The position numbers and the translations under genes were made by a program. A DNA stretch of 64,000 nucleotides, from positions 49,815 through 113,814 of the forward strand of contig JBGAJQ010000010.1 of NCBI GenBank assembly GCA_044224875.1. The letters run 5' to 3'. Positions 20,148 to 29,459 of the stretch are shown here, piece after piece. Source of the stretch: Gemmatimonadaceae bacterium (GTDB lineage Bacteria; Gemmatimonadota; Gemmatimonadetes; Gemmatimonadales; Gemmatimonadaceae). The notes below the pieces were generated by a model, which worked only from the letters and a program-made list of their open reading frames with translations, was not told the origin of the DNA and did no database searches. How positions within the stretch are numbered: position 1 is the first letter of the stretch; every line of letters starts with the position of its first letter.

Positions 20148-21285
20148 GTACCACCTCCAGCAGCGTGGTCAGGCGACTCGCATGGGCGATTGCCTCGCGC
20201 GCCTTTTCCGTCGAAGCACCAGTCGGGTCGGCCTCGACCGCGCGTTTCCAAAGGTCCATCGCGCGTTCCAGGTCGCCGGCGCGCGCCGCCAGTTGCGCCG
20301 ACAGCATCAGTGCCCCCACACATCGTGGGTCGACGGCCAAGGCGCGTTGCAGCGCCGACTGCGCATCTGCCGTGCGATTGAGCGAAAGAAGGGCTCGCGC
20401 CACGTCGACCAACGCATCCACGTGCTGTGGCGAGCGCTCGGCGGCGCGCTCTGCCAATCGCAACGCGTCGTCACTTCGGCCGTCGTGCAGGGCTTCGCGG
20501 GCATCCGCCAGCAGCATCACGGGATCGTCGTCGACTGGCTGCGCCGGAACGTACGGTGTGGCCGCTCGTTGCAGCGAGAGGACTCCCGTCGACACCAACC
20601 CATACATGACCTTTGCGACCTCGAAGTCGCTGCGACCCAACATGGACGACACGGATCGAATGTCGGAGACGCCGTCCACAGCGACGAGCACCTCCCATTC
20701 GGAGGGGAGGAGCTCCAGCCGCGAGGGGTGGGCCGGGTCGACGTCCGCGTACACGGGCACCATGGCGACGTCTGGCACGAGGTCGGCGATGCGTGTCCAC
20801 TCGTCAATGCGGCGGGCCCCCTCCATGAGCAGGGCCTCGGCGGACACACCGCGGACCGTTTCCACGTGGGGTGCCTCGCCCGCCGACTCGGCGAACGAGA
20901 AGAAGCCTTCTTCCCACGACAGCAGCTCGAACACCACCGCTTCGATCTGTTGATGCACGTGACGGTCAAGCTCCCGGGCGGTCACGGCGCCCATAGCCAC
21001 GAGGATCTCGCCAATGCGCCTTGGCTCATCGGGAGCCTGCTGCAGCGTCCGCGCTTCCTCCAAGCGTTCCGCGGATATGCGGCCCGCACGCACGAGGATC
21101 TGCCCGATCGGATACGGGTTGCTGCGCATGCTCGCGGCCACGATGCGGCCGTTCTGAAAGTGGACCACCCCCTCGTTGTCGCGCAGGGTGGACGACACGC
21201 GCAAGCGCCCCGTCTTCCGGCTCAGGTCCAGCAGCTGGAAGACATCGTGGATGCCCAACTCGCGCAGGGGGCCTTCGATCGCCAT
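20140..21285 (-). CDS. DUF4388 (PATAN-like) + TPR protein
   Basis: MAIEGPLRELGIHDVFQLL, RIGEILV, WEEGFFSF, LLMEGARRIDEW, C-terminal TPRs. Confidence 0.85.
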   Translation of the reverse strand: MAIEGPLRELGIHDVFQLLDLSRKTGRLRVSSTLRDNEGVVHFQNGRIVAASMRSNPYPIGQILVRAGRISAERLEEARTLQQAPDEPRRIGEILVAMGAVTARELDRHVHQQIEAVVFELLSWEEGFFSFAESAGEAPHVETVRGVSAEALLMEGARRIDEWTRIADLVPDVAMVPVYADVDPAHPSRLELLPSEWEVLVAVDGVSDIRSVSSMLGRSDFEVAKVMYGLVSTGVLSLQRAATPYVPAQPVDDDPVMLLADAREALHDGRSDDALRLAERAAERSPQHVDALVDVARALLSLNRTADAQSALQRALAVDPRCVGALMLSAQLAARAGDLERAMDLWKRAVEADPTGASTEKAREAIAHASRLTTLLEVVHA

Positions 21286-24020
21286 CAGGCCGCTCCCCGC
21301 CGCCGTTGCGGCGCGAAGATACGTTCCAGGTCCTGCGCCGTCCGCGTGTCGCGCCGGGCTCGGCGCGCGTACTCGCTCGCCGGTTCCAACAGCTGCACGC
21401 GCTGCCAGCGATCCATCGCCTCGCTGTAACGGTGCGCCTCGGCCAGCAAGACACCGTCGAAGTAGAGCGCTGCCACGTGGTCCGGGTCGAATCGCAGGAC
21501 CCGCGCGAAGGCATGCGCGGCGTCTTCGCGCCGGCCCATCAGGAAGAGCGACTCACCTAACGAGGCGATCCCATCCAGGTGGTATGGGTTGCGGCGGAGG
21601 AGGTCCACGAGGAGATCGACCGTCTCCGCCGAGCGGCCGTGCGTGCGACGCAGCGATGCCAGCAGCAGCGCGGCATCGTCGCGCCCGGAATCGTAGGCCA
21701 GGACGGCTTCCAGCTCGGACTCGGCGCTTCCGACCTCTCCCTGCGCGGCGAATAGCTGCGAGAGTTGAATTCGGGCGGAAACCAGTGACGGGTCGAGGGC
21801 CAGCGCATGCCGGTAGGCCTCCAACGCACGCACCGAGTCACCAGCGGCCCGCAGGGTGTCACCCATGAGCGCTGCAATGTCCGCGCGAAGCGGGGCGAAG
21901 CGGCGCGCGTGCTCCAGTGCCTCGAGCGTACGCTCGAGGTCCCCGGACGCCCCGTGCGCGCGGGCTGCCAGGAGCAGGATGTCGACATCCTGCGGCGTTC
22001 GTTCGAGGATAGAGGCCACGACCTCCAAGGCCTCTCCTGCTCTTCCCAGCTGCAACAGCACGCGCGCTTCGCCGGCCGCCGCCGTTGCATCGTCCTCGGT
22101 GAGGGCCCGTGCCTGGCGAAACCGATCGAGGGCTTCGCCATACATGCCGCTCCGTTCGTACCACTCGGCCAACAGAGCGAGCCCGTCCACCCGGGGGGCG
22201 CCATGCGACATGGCGCGCGAAGCTTCGGCGATGGCGCGTTCGATGTCTCCGGAGGCAGCCAGGTCTCGGGCCCGCGCGTAGTCGTCGGCGACCGGAGGCA
22301 TCTCGGCATCGGGTTCGAGGGCACGAAACAACGCGTGCAAGGCCTCGGCATCGAAGTGAAAATGCTCCACCGACTCGTCTCGTCGGTCGCCCGCAAGGTC
22401 CGGGGACACGCCAACGCGCGGGTCTTCCCATGAAAACTCCACCGACAGCTCGAACTTCTGCGCGACGTAGAACGAGTCCAGCTCCAGGGCGCGTTTGGTC
22501 TCCCGCAACGCACCGGCGAAGTCACCCAGGTTCGAAAGGGCGAATCCCAGGTTATAACGTGCCTCGGCGAAGGTGGGTCGCGCGTCGACCGCGCGCATGA
22601 AGGCGTTGCGAGCGTCCTCGAACTTGCGCCATGCACCGAAGACGAGTCCCACGCCGTTCCATGCCACGGGATGGTCGGGTGAGGCTCGCAATGTCTGGCG
22701 GTAGGCGTCCAGACATAGCGCGAACTCCCGTTGCTTGAAGAGCAGCAAGGCCAGGTTCAACCGCGCGCGGACCAGCGATGGCGTCACCACCAGGGCATGC
22801 TTGAATGCATCCACGGCCTGCTCGAGCTGACCGAGATGAAAGTGGGCCACCCCGAGGTTGTTCCAGGCGATCCCGTAGCTACCGTCGCAGGTGAGCGCAC
22901 GCTCATAGGCGTCGCGTGCCTCGCGCGCGCGGCCGTCCTGATGCAACGACACGCCACGCTCGTTCCAGTACTTCGCGCGATCTGGCGCGACACGCAGGAG
23001 CGCATCGTACAACGACAAGGCACTCGCCGTCTGTCGCTGTATGAGGTGGACCTCCGCCATCGCTTCCATGGCCACCGTACGCGACTCGCCCCGCTCAATG
23101 GCCAGGGTGTACTCGCGAAGCGCTTCGCGCAGGTATCCCTTCTGTCGGAACGCGAGGCCGAGGTTGATGTGGGCCGAAGCGGCACCGGCGCCTTGCTGTT
23201 CGCCATCGATCGACGGCAACGGCGTCCGCGAGATCCGCGCGGCGGTGCTGAAACGTTCCAGCGACAGGTTGGTGTGCGCCCGGCCTAACGATGGATTCAG
23301 TTGCGACGCCCGGGCGGTAGCTTCCTTGGCGCGTTCGGCATCGCCTTGATCGCCGAGGATGAAGGCCAACAGGAAGTGCGCATCGGCGGAGTCGGGGTCG
23401 GCTTGGAGTGCGCGATGCACGGCCAGCGCCGCCTCATCATTCAGCCCGCGGTGATACGCAATCTCGGCGGCGATGAGGTTGACCTGCGAGTCCTCAGGAT
23501 GCAGCGCCAACGCTCGCGCACTGGCAGACGAAGCCTCCTCCATGCGCCCGCGGCGCTGTTCGGCCTGAGCAAGCCCGCGCAGCGCGCGCACGTCGTGCGG
23601 ATCCGACTTCACCAGCGCGTTGAACTGGGCGATCGCCGCGGCATGCTCGCCTAACAGCAGGTGCCATCGTCCCAGCGCGTGCCGAGCCGCGGCGTCCGCC
23701 GGATCAGCGGTCACGCGATGAGTCAGTTCCGACGTCCGCCGCTCGTACAAGCCGGTCGAGAAGCACGCGACCTCGAGGTTACGCTGGGCCACGACCATCT
23801 TGGGGTCGCGATCGAGGGCCAGCGCAAATTGGTCCGCGGCAGCATCCACCCACCCCTTCGTGAAGTAGAGTACGCCGAGGTTGTTGTGTGCGCCGGCGTC
23901 CTCGGTGTCGATGCGCTCAGCAAACGACGCCAGGATCGCGCGATCGCGCTCACTCACGTGGGACGCACTCGCGGGCGAGTGCACGGCATCGGGCGCGACG
24001 GCCGTCGTCGCGTGGTCCAT
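21285..24020 (-). CDS. Large multi-TPR protein
   Basis: Many TPRs (AHNNLGVLYF, AWNNLGVAHF, ARYNLGFAL); start uncertain, ATG 24020 avoids overlap with cheC. Confidence 0.85.
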   Translation of the reverse strand: MDHATTAVAPDAVHSPASASHVSERDRAILASFAERIDTEDAGAHNNLGVLYFTKGWVDAAADQFALALDRDPKMVVAQRNLEVACFSTGLYERRTSELTHRVTADPADAAARHALGRWHLLLGEHAAAIAQFNALVKSDPHDVRALRGLAQAEQRRGRMEEASSASARALALHPEDSQVNLIAAEIAYHRGLNDEAALAVHRALQADPDSADAHFLLAFILGDQGDAERAKEATARASQLNPSLGRAHTNLSLERFSTAARISRTPLPSIDGEQQGAGAASAHINLGLAFRQKGYLREALREYTLAIERGESRTVAMEAMAEVHLIQRQTASALSLYDALLRVAPDRAKYWNERGVSLHQDGRAREARDAYERALTCDGSYGIAWNNLGVAHFHLGQLEQAVDAFKHALVVTPSLVRARLNLALLLFKQREFALCLDAYRQTLRASPDHPVAWNGVGLVFGAWRKFEDARNAFMRAVDARPTFAEARYNLGFALSNLGDFAGALRETKRALELDSFYVAQKFELSVEFSWEDPRVGVSPDLAGDRRDESVEHFHFDAEALHALFRALEPDAEMPPVADDYARARDLAASGDIERAIAEASRAMSHGAPRVDGLALLAEWYERSGMYGEALDRFRQARALTEDDATAAAGEARVLLQLGRAGEALEVVASILERTPQDVDILLLAARAHGASGDLERTLEALEHARRFAPLRADIAALMGDTLRAAGDSVRALEAYRHALALDPSLVSARIQLSQLFAAQGEVGSAESELEAVLAYDSGRDDAALLLASLRRTHGRSAETVDLLVDLLRRNPYHLDGIASLGESLFLMGRREDAAHAFARVLRFDPDHVAALYFDGVLLAEAHRYSEAMDRWQRVQLLEPASEYARRARRDTRTAQDLERIFAPQRRRGAA

Positions 24021-24063
24021 TGCGTCCGTGTACTGCAAGGCTCGCCCCGCCGCGGCGGACGCG

Positions 24064-24684
24064 TTAGGCCAGCCCCACCGCGCGAAGAATCGCGCGCAGC
24101 GACGGCAGGTCGGGGAGCAACAGGAAGAATCCGCGCAGGTGCTCGTTCGCCTCTTGCATGAAGAACTCCGTCTCAACGCAAATGACGTAGTCCTTATCGG
24201 CGCCAAACTGGAGGTACGCGGTCGTCAGCACCGCGCGCGACATGTCGATCGCGAAGCTGGGTGGCGACGGCAGCAGCATCAGCCCCATGAATTCGCTAAG
24301 TGCGTTCATGTACGCGCCACTCAGGATGTTCCCAGCCTCCTTGAGCGCCGACTGCTCCAACTCCGACAGCTCAGTCTCCGCGGGATGCGGACGACGCAGC
24401 AACAGTTCCGCGAGGCGCGTGGCTGTCGGCGTCGGAAAGACCAGCAATGTCCGTCCCGTCAGGTCGCCCAACATGCTCATCAGCACGGCAGCCACAGGCT
24501 CTTCGGGCGGACCGATGTGCGGTGGCACTTCCTCGAGTGCCGCGATGTTGATCGTCGGCACGGAGATCATGATCGTCTGACCGGTCATCTGGGAGAGTGC
24601 GGTCGCCGCATGGCCGGCCCCGATGTTCGCCACCTCGCGGATGGCGTCCAACTGCATCGGCTTCAGGCTCAGTAACTCGTTCAT
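24064..24684 (-). CDS. cheC: CheY-P phosphatase CheC
   Basis: Two ExxN motifs: DAIREVANIGAGHAATALS and SALKEAGNIL. Confidence 0.93.
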   Translation of the reverse strand: MNELLSLKPMQLDAIREVANIGAGHAATALSQMTGQTIMISVPTINIAALEEVPPHIGPPEEPVAAVLMSMLGDLTGRTLLVFPTPTATRLAELLLRRPHPAETELSELEQSALKEAGNILSGAYMNALSEFMGLMLLPSPPSFAIDMSRAVLTTAYLQFGADKDYVICVETEFFMQEANEHLRGFFLLLPDLPSLRAILRAVGLA

Positions 24685-24693
24685 CGCGTTCTC

Positions 24694-26586
24694 CTAGATC
24701 AAGCTGCTGACTTCCACGATCAGCGCCGGCATGCCGTCCGAAAGAATCGTCGCACCGCTGAAGCATTGTGCCGCCCCACGCACTGCATCGAACGGTTTCA
24801 CAACGATTTCCTGCTGACCGAGAAGCTGGTCGACGACGACCCCCGTTCGCCGATCCGCTGCCTCCAATACGACGATTTGCCCCCCCGGTTCGTCCCGCGG
24901 CGGAAGGCCAAGAATCTCCCGGAGATGTCGCAGGGTGAGGACCTCTTCACGGAGCAGCAGAACGTCCCGCCCCCGGACCGTTCGGCGCACGTCGGGGGTC
25001 AGCTGCAGGGTCTCGCGAATGTGGGTGAGCGGCAACGCGTATGTCTCGCCACCAACCCGGGCCAAGAGCGCCGGAATGATCGCCAGAGTCACCGGGAGTC
25101 GCAGGGAGAAGGTCGTTCCCTCCCCCTTTGCAGTGCGTAGTTCAATGGCGCCGCCGAGTGCTCGCCCGCGCGTGACCACGGCATCGATGCCGACGCCCCG
25201 GCCGGAGAGGGATGTCACCTTTTCCGCAGTGGAAAACCCTGGGCGGGCGATCAGCCGGAGCAGCTCATCGTCGCTGAGCGAGTCGCGTTCCGCGTCAATC
25301 AGGCCCTTGGCCTTGGCGCGCTGTAGCACCGCCTCCCGATTCACTCCCCTGCCGTCGTCGGTGACGCGGATCACTACCGCGGACCGGTCGCGAGAGGCTG
25401 ACAGGGTGAGTCGTCCGACGGGAGCCTTGCCCGAGGCGACGCGCGCTTCCGGCCCCTCGAGTCCGTGATCGATCGCGTTGCGTAACAGGTGCACGAGTGG
25501 ATCTCCCACCTGCTCGAGCAGGGAGCGATCGAGCTCGATTTCTCGTCCAAGAATCTCGAAGTCCACCTGTTTTCCGACGTCGCGCGCGGCATCCCGTACG
25601 ACCCGTGGGAATCGATCAAAGACCTGCCAGACCGGGACCATCCGGCTGGACAATATCCCGTCTTGCAGCTCGCCAATCAGCCGCGACGCATGGGCGATGG
25701 CATCATCCAATTCCTGGTCGTGGTGGGCGGATGCCAGCTGCACCAGCCGACCCTTCGCGATCACGAGCTCGCCCGTCAGGTTCATCATGGCATCGAGACG
25801 TCTCAGGTCGATGCGGACAAAACGTTGGAGCTGGGCCGATCGCTCCGCGTCCCACGCGTCGGCACGGGCCTCGCCGCCGGCGGCCCGACGTTCGGGCGTC
25901 GCCCGGCGTCGGCGCAGCACCACGCGGTCGACATAACCCGCGGCGCGGATGGCCCGCTCGACGTCGGCCTCAAGGGCTTCGGTCGAGAGCCGAAAGGCGA
26001 AGGATCCGTCGAAACCGGGGGACAGGAACTGTTCCTCTGGCGGGGCCACCGCGACCACATCCCCAATTGTTCGCGCTCGTTGCAAAACGAGAAGTGCCCG
26101 CGCCCCCGGCAGAGGTGCGTCACTCGTCAGCGACACTTCGACATCGATCCCGTCGGTGGTCGCGGGAGGCAGGACGGTGGCTACGTGTGCCCCCTTCTCG
26201 GTGGCAGCGGTCGCCCCACCGGAAACCCCCTGCAAGCGAGCCACCAGTGACCCCAGGTCGGCGTTGTTGCCACCGGCGACCGCATCCGCCACCGCACGCT
26301 CCAGCGTGTCGGTGGCCTCGAAGAGGAGGGATAGCACCTCGCCATCCAGCGTCCGCTCTCCTGCCCGCACGGAGGCGAGCAGCGTCTCCATCTCGTGGGA
26401 CAAGGTGCCGACGACGTTGTATCCCATCACGCCGCTCATCCCCTTGAGCGTGTGCACCGCGCGAAAGAGCGCATCGAGGGGCGCCACCGACTCGGGATTC
26501 CGCTCGAGTGCGAGCAACGCCTCACCCGCTGCGCTCAGATGGTCGCGGCTCTCGGTGAGATACAGGTCGGCGTACTTGCTCGACAT
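24694..26586 (-). CDS. cheA: Chemotaxis histidine kinase
   Basis: Hpt FRAVHTLKG, P2-like region, HLLRNAIDHG, DDGRG, FSTA..SGRGVG, C-terminal CheW domain. Confidence 0.96.
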   Translation of the reverse strand: MSSKYADLYLTESRDHLSAAGEALLALERNPESVAPLDALFRAVHTLKGMSGVMGYNVVGTLSHEMETLLASVRAGERTLDGEVLSLLFEATDTLERAVADAVAGGNNADLGSLVARLQGVSGGATAATEKGAHVATVLPPATTDGIDVEVSLTSDAPLPGARALLVLQRARTIGDVVAVAPPEEQFLSPGFDGSFAFRLSTEALEADVERAIRAAGYVDRVVLRRRRATPERRAAGGEARADAWDAERSAQLQRFVRIDLRRLDAMMNLTGELVIAKGRLVQLASAHHDQELDDAIAHASRLIGELQDGILSSRMVPVWQVFDRFPRVVRDAARDVGKQVDFEILGREIELDRSLLEQVGDPLVHLLRNAIDHGLEGPEARVASGKAPVGRLTLSASRDRSAVVIRVTDDGRGVNREAVLQRAKAKGLIDAERDSLSDDELLRLIARPGFSTAEKVTSLSGRGVGIDAVVTRGRALGGAIELRTAKGEGTTFSLRLPVTLAIIPALLARVGGETYALPLTHIRETLQLTPDVRRTVRGRDVLLLREEVLTLRHLREILGLPPRDEPGGQIVVLEAADRRTGVVVDQLLGQQEIVVKPFDAVRGAAQCFSGATILSDGMPALIVEVSSLI

Positions 26587-26669
26587 CGTCGGCGCAGGAT
26601 GCGCTACAGCCGACGGTCGTGGCGGCGCGTCGGCGCGGCGCCAGGAGTCGTTAGGCGGCGGTCACGCGA

Positions 26670-27032
26670 TCATCCCAGCACGCGCTGGACGGCTTCGAGC
26701 ACGCGGGATGGCTGGAATGGCTTCACCACGAAATCCTTCGCGCCAGCCTGGATCGCCTCGACGACGAGCGCTTGCTGGCCCATTGCGCTGCACATCAACA
26801 CCCGCGCGGTCGGGTCCTTCTTCGTAATCTCGCGAACTGCGTCGATCCCACCCATGTCCGGCATGACGATGTCCATGGTCACGAGGTCCGGATGCAATTG
26901 GTTGTAGCGCTCGACAGCTTGTGCACCCGTTTCTGCCTCACCGACGACCTCAAATCCCGCCTGTTGCAGGATGTCGCCGAGCATGGTGCGCATGAAAATC
27001 GCGTCGTCGCAAATCAGGACTCTGTGACTCAC
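26670..27032 (-). CDS. cheY: CheY response regulator (Bacillus/Thermotoga-like)
   Basis: ICDDAIFMR, VTMDIVMP, MCSAMGQQ, KPFQ; RBS before GTG 27032. Confidence 0.93.
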   Translation of the reverse strand: MSHRVLICDDAIFMRTMLGDILQQAGFEVVGEAETGAQAVERYNQLHPDLVTMDIVMPDMGGIDAVREITKKDPTARVLMCSAMGQQALVVEAIQAGAKDFVVKPFQPSRVLEAVQRVLG

Positions 27033-27071
27033 CGTCATCTCCCTGGCCGTGGGCACACACGAGAACGGCAG

Positions 27072-27530
27072 CTAGGCCAGTACCTGCCGCACGAGCTCGT
27101 TCACGTCAACTATGATGACGACTCGCTCGCCGAAATGTCCCAAACCGCGGGCCAACGCGCCCGATCGCGCGGGAGGCGCCGGTTCGATCTCGTTCGCCGA
27201 CAGGATTTGCACGTCCAGCACGTCGTCCACAGCTAAGCCAAGGAGGCGACCTGCCCCCTGCACCACCACGACGGACGCATTGTCCTCGGCGAGGCGTGTC
27301 TTCCCGTCCGTGACGCGTTGCGTGAAGTCGACTACCGTCAACATGGCGCCGCGCACGTTCATGATCCCTCGGACGAACGGCGGCGCGCCAGGGAGCCGGG
27401 TGGCGGGCGACAGCGGCACCACTTCGCGCAGGGCCTCTCCATCGAAGCCATAGAGCGTACCAGCCGCCTCAACCACCAGCAGCCGGTGTTCGCTACGATC
27501 CGGAGGGGACGCGGTAGAAGCCAAAGACAT
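27072..27530 (-). CDS. cheW: CheW adaptor
   Basis: LPGAPPFVRGIMNVRG, LGLAVDDVLDV; start overlaps the rluD 3' end. Confidence 0.88.
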   Translation of the reverse strand: MSLASTASPPDRSEHRLLVVEAAGTLYGFDGEALREVVPLSPATRLPGAPPFVRGIMNVRGAMLTVVDFTQRVTDGKTRLAEDNASVVVVQGAGRLLGLAVDDVLDVQILSANEIEPAPPARSGALARGLGHFGERVVIIVDVNELVRQVLA

Positions 27531-28497
27531 CAAGTGGGTCCGGGTGCTCCAACAGCGTGGCGTCGTTCGCCACTCGAGCAAGCGACGCGCGCAGGTCGTC
27601 TGGCAACGGAGCCCGAACGTCGACCTCCTGACCGGTGTCCGGGTGTCGGAATCGGATCCACGCCGCGTGAAGAAAATGCCGCTGCGACGGGAGTTGAACG
27701 ATCCGCCGGCCACCGCCGCCCCCGTAAGTATCGTCCCCTACGACGGGATGCCCGATCGAGGCAAGATGTACGCGAATCTGGTGCGTGCGCCCGGTGTGAA
27801 GGTGCGCGCGCAGCAGGTCGACCGCGTCGAATCGGGCCAGGCGATGAAACGTCGTCTTCGCTGCCTTACCTGTATGGACGACCGCCATACGCTTCCGGTC
27901 TCGCGGGTCGCGGGCCAGCGGCTGATCGACTGTGAGCGTGTCGGCGTCCAGATGCCCCCAGCACATGGCCGCGTAACGGCGCGACACTCGTCGCGCGGCG
28001 AGTGCCGCGGACAGCAGACGATGCACGCGCTCGGACTTGGCGACGAGCAATAGCCCCGATGTGTCCTTGTCCAGTCGGTGAACGAGCCCCGAGCGATCCG
28101 TCGCCGGATCAGCGTCGTCGACGTCCGCACGCCGACCCATGAGGGCATTCACCAGTGTCCCACTCCAGTTTCCGGGCGCCGGATGTACCACCATTCCCGC
28201 AGGCTTGTTCACGACCATAAGGGCGTCGTCTTCGTAGACCACGTCGAGCGGGATGGACTCTGCCACAATCTCGCGCTCTTCCTTGGCCGGAACCTCAACC
28301 ACCACCCGATCGTTGGCCACTGGCCGGTAGCTCGCTTTTTCTCGCAGGCCATTCACCGTGGCGCAGCCATTGGCGATGAGCGTTGCAGCTTGCGTGCGCG
28401 AAGTGTTGAGCCACTGGGCTATGAACAAATCGAGGCGAACATTGCTGTCCGCCTCGAGCGATCGTTCGTGCCTGGATGATGCGGCTTCCACGCCCAC
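27493..28497 (-). CDS. rluD: RluA/RluD-family pseudouridine synthase
   Basis: S4-like RLDLF, VNKPAGMVVHP, HRLDKDTSG, TGRTHQIRVH, LHA. Confidence 0.92.
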   Translation of the reverse strand: MGVEAASSRHERSLEADSNVRLDLFIAQWLNTSRTQAATLIANGCATVNGLREKASYRPVANDRVVVEVPAKEEREIVAESIPLDVVYEDDALMVVNKPAGMVVHPAPGNWSGTLVNALMGRRADVDDADPATDRSGLVHRLDKDTSGLLLVAKSERVHRLLSAALAARRVSRRYAAMCWGHLDADTLTVDQPLARDPRDRKRMAVVHTGKAAKTTFHRLARFDAVDLLRAHLHTGRTHQIRVHLASIGHPVVGDDTYGGGGGRRIVQLPSQRHFLHAAWIRFRHPDTGQEVDVRAPLPDDLRASLARVANDATLLEHPDPLDVFGFYRVPSGS

Positions 28498-28498
28498 G

Positions 28499-29050
28499 CT
28501 ACCCCGCGAGACCGGAGGCGCGCCGCTCCCCGGCCGCTTCCCGAGCGGCATGTTCGCGTGCTGCTTGCTTGTCCTCTCCCCAGAGGACCCAAGCGAGCAG
28601 GAACGCCCCCGTGCTCACGGCCATATCCGCGACGTTGAAAGTCGGCCAGCGCGACGTCCCAATGCCGACGTCAATGAAGTCCACGACGCCGAGCGGCGAA
28701 CGGACTCGGTCAATGAGGTTTCCCAACGCGCCACCGGTGACGAGCCCCAAGGCAACGGTCCGCGCCCACGCCCCGGGCTGTGACTGGCGATAGAGCCGCC
28801 ACAGAATGACCAAGGCGCCTAACGTGAGAACGAGGAATATCCACCGCGAGTACGGACCCAGATGCAACCCGAAGGCGGCCCCGGGATTGTAGACAAGGTT
28901 CCAGCGGACGGTGTTGCCGAGCACCTCATGCGGGACTCCGCGTGGCATGAGCGCGGTCGCGGCGATCGACTTGGTGATCTGGTCCAGCACCACCACCACG
29001 AGGGCTAGCGGGAAGTAGACCATGGCCAGCGGCCGGTCACTTCTTGGCAT
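28499..29050 (-). CDS. lspA: Signal peptidase II
   Basis: LDQITK, NPGAAFG, GALGNLIDR, VVDFID, FNVAD; GGAGG RBS. Confidence 0.95.
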   Translation of the reverse strand: MPRSDRPLAMVYFPLALVVVVLDQITKSIAATALMPRGVPHEVLGNTVRWNLVYNPGAAFGLHLGPYSRWIFLVLTLGALVILWRLYRQSQPGAWARTVALGLVTGGALGNLIDRVRSPLGVVDFIDVGIGTSRWPTFNVADMAVSTGAFLLAWVLWGEDKQAAREHAAREAAGERRASGLAG

Positions 29051-29459
29051 CTTCCTCCCGCTGCTTGCACGATATGCAATACCGCGCGTGTGGCAGGGCA
29101 TCAAGCCGCTCGAACGCGATTTCTTCACCGCAGCCGTGGCACTTACCGAACGTCTCCGGGCTCTTGTACAGTCGGCGGAGCGCCTGATCGATGTGCCACA
29201 GGAATCGTCCCTCCTGACTGGCGAACAGGAACGCCTTCTCGCGCTCCATGGCGTCCGTTCCCTGGTCAGCCATGTGGAATGAGTACGAGCTCAAGTCGCC
29301 ATCCGCCGATTGGGGCGTGGCGCCAAACACGTCGTCGTAGTGGCCAAGCTCCTTGAGCACGCGCCCTCGCTCTTCCAAGAGGCGCTTCTCAAAGTGCTGC
29401 AGCTGCTTCTTTGTCATCGGCTTGAGTTTCTTCGCGCCGCTTGATGTGGGCATGGTCAA
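29037..29459 (-). CDS. dksA: TraR/DksA-family C4 zinc-finger protein
   Basis: Coiled coil with HMADQGTD tip; CHGC...CISC zinc finger. Confidence 0.85.
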   Translation of the reverse strand: MTMPTSSGAKKLKPMTKKQLQHFEKRLLEERGRVLKELGHYDDVFGATPQSADGDLSSYSFHMADQGTDAMEREKAFLFASQEGRFLWHIDQALRRLYKSPETFGKCHGCGEEIAFERLDALPHARYCISCKQREEDAKK

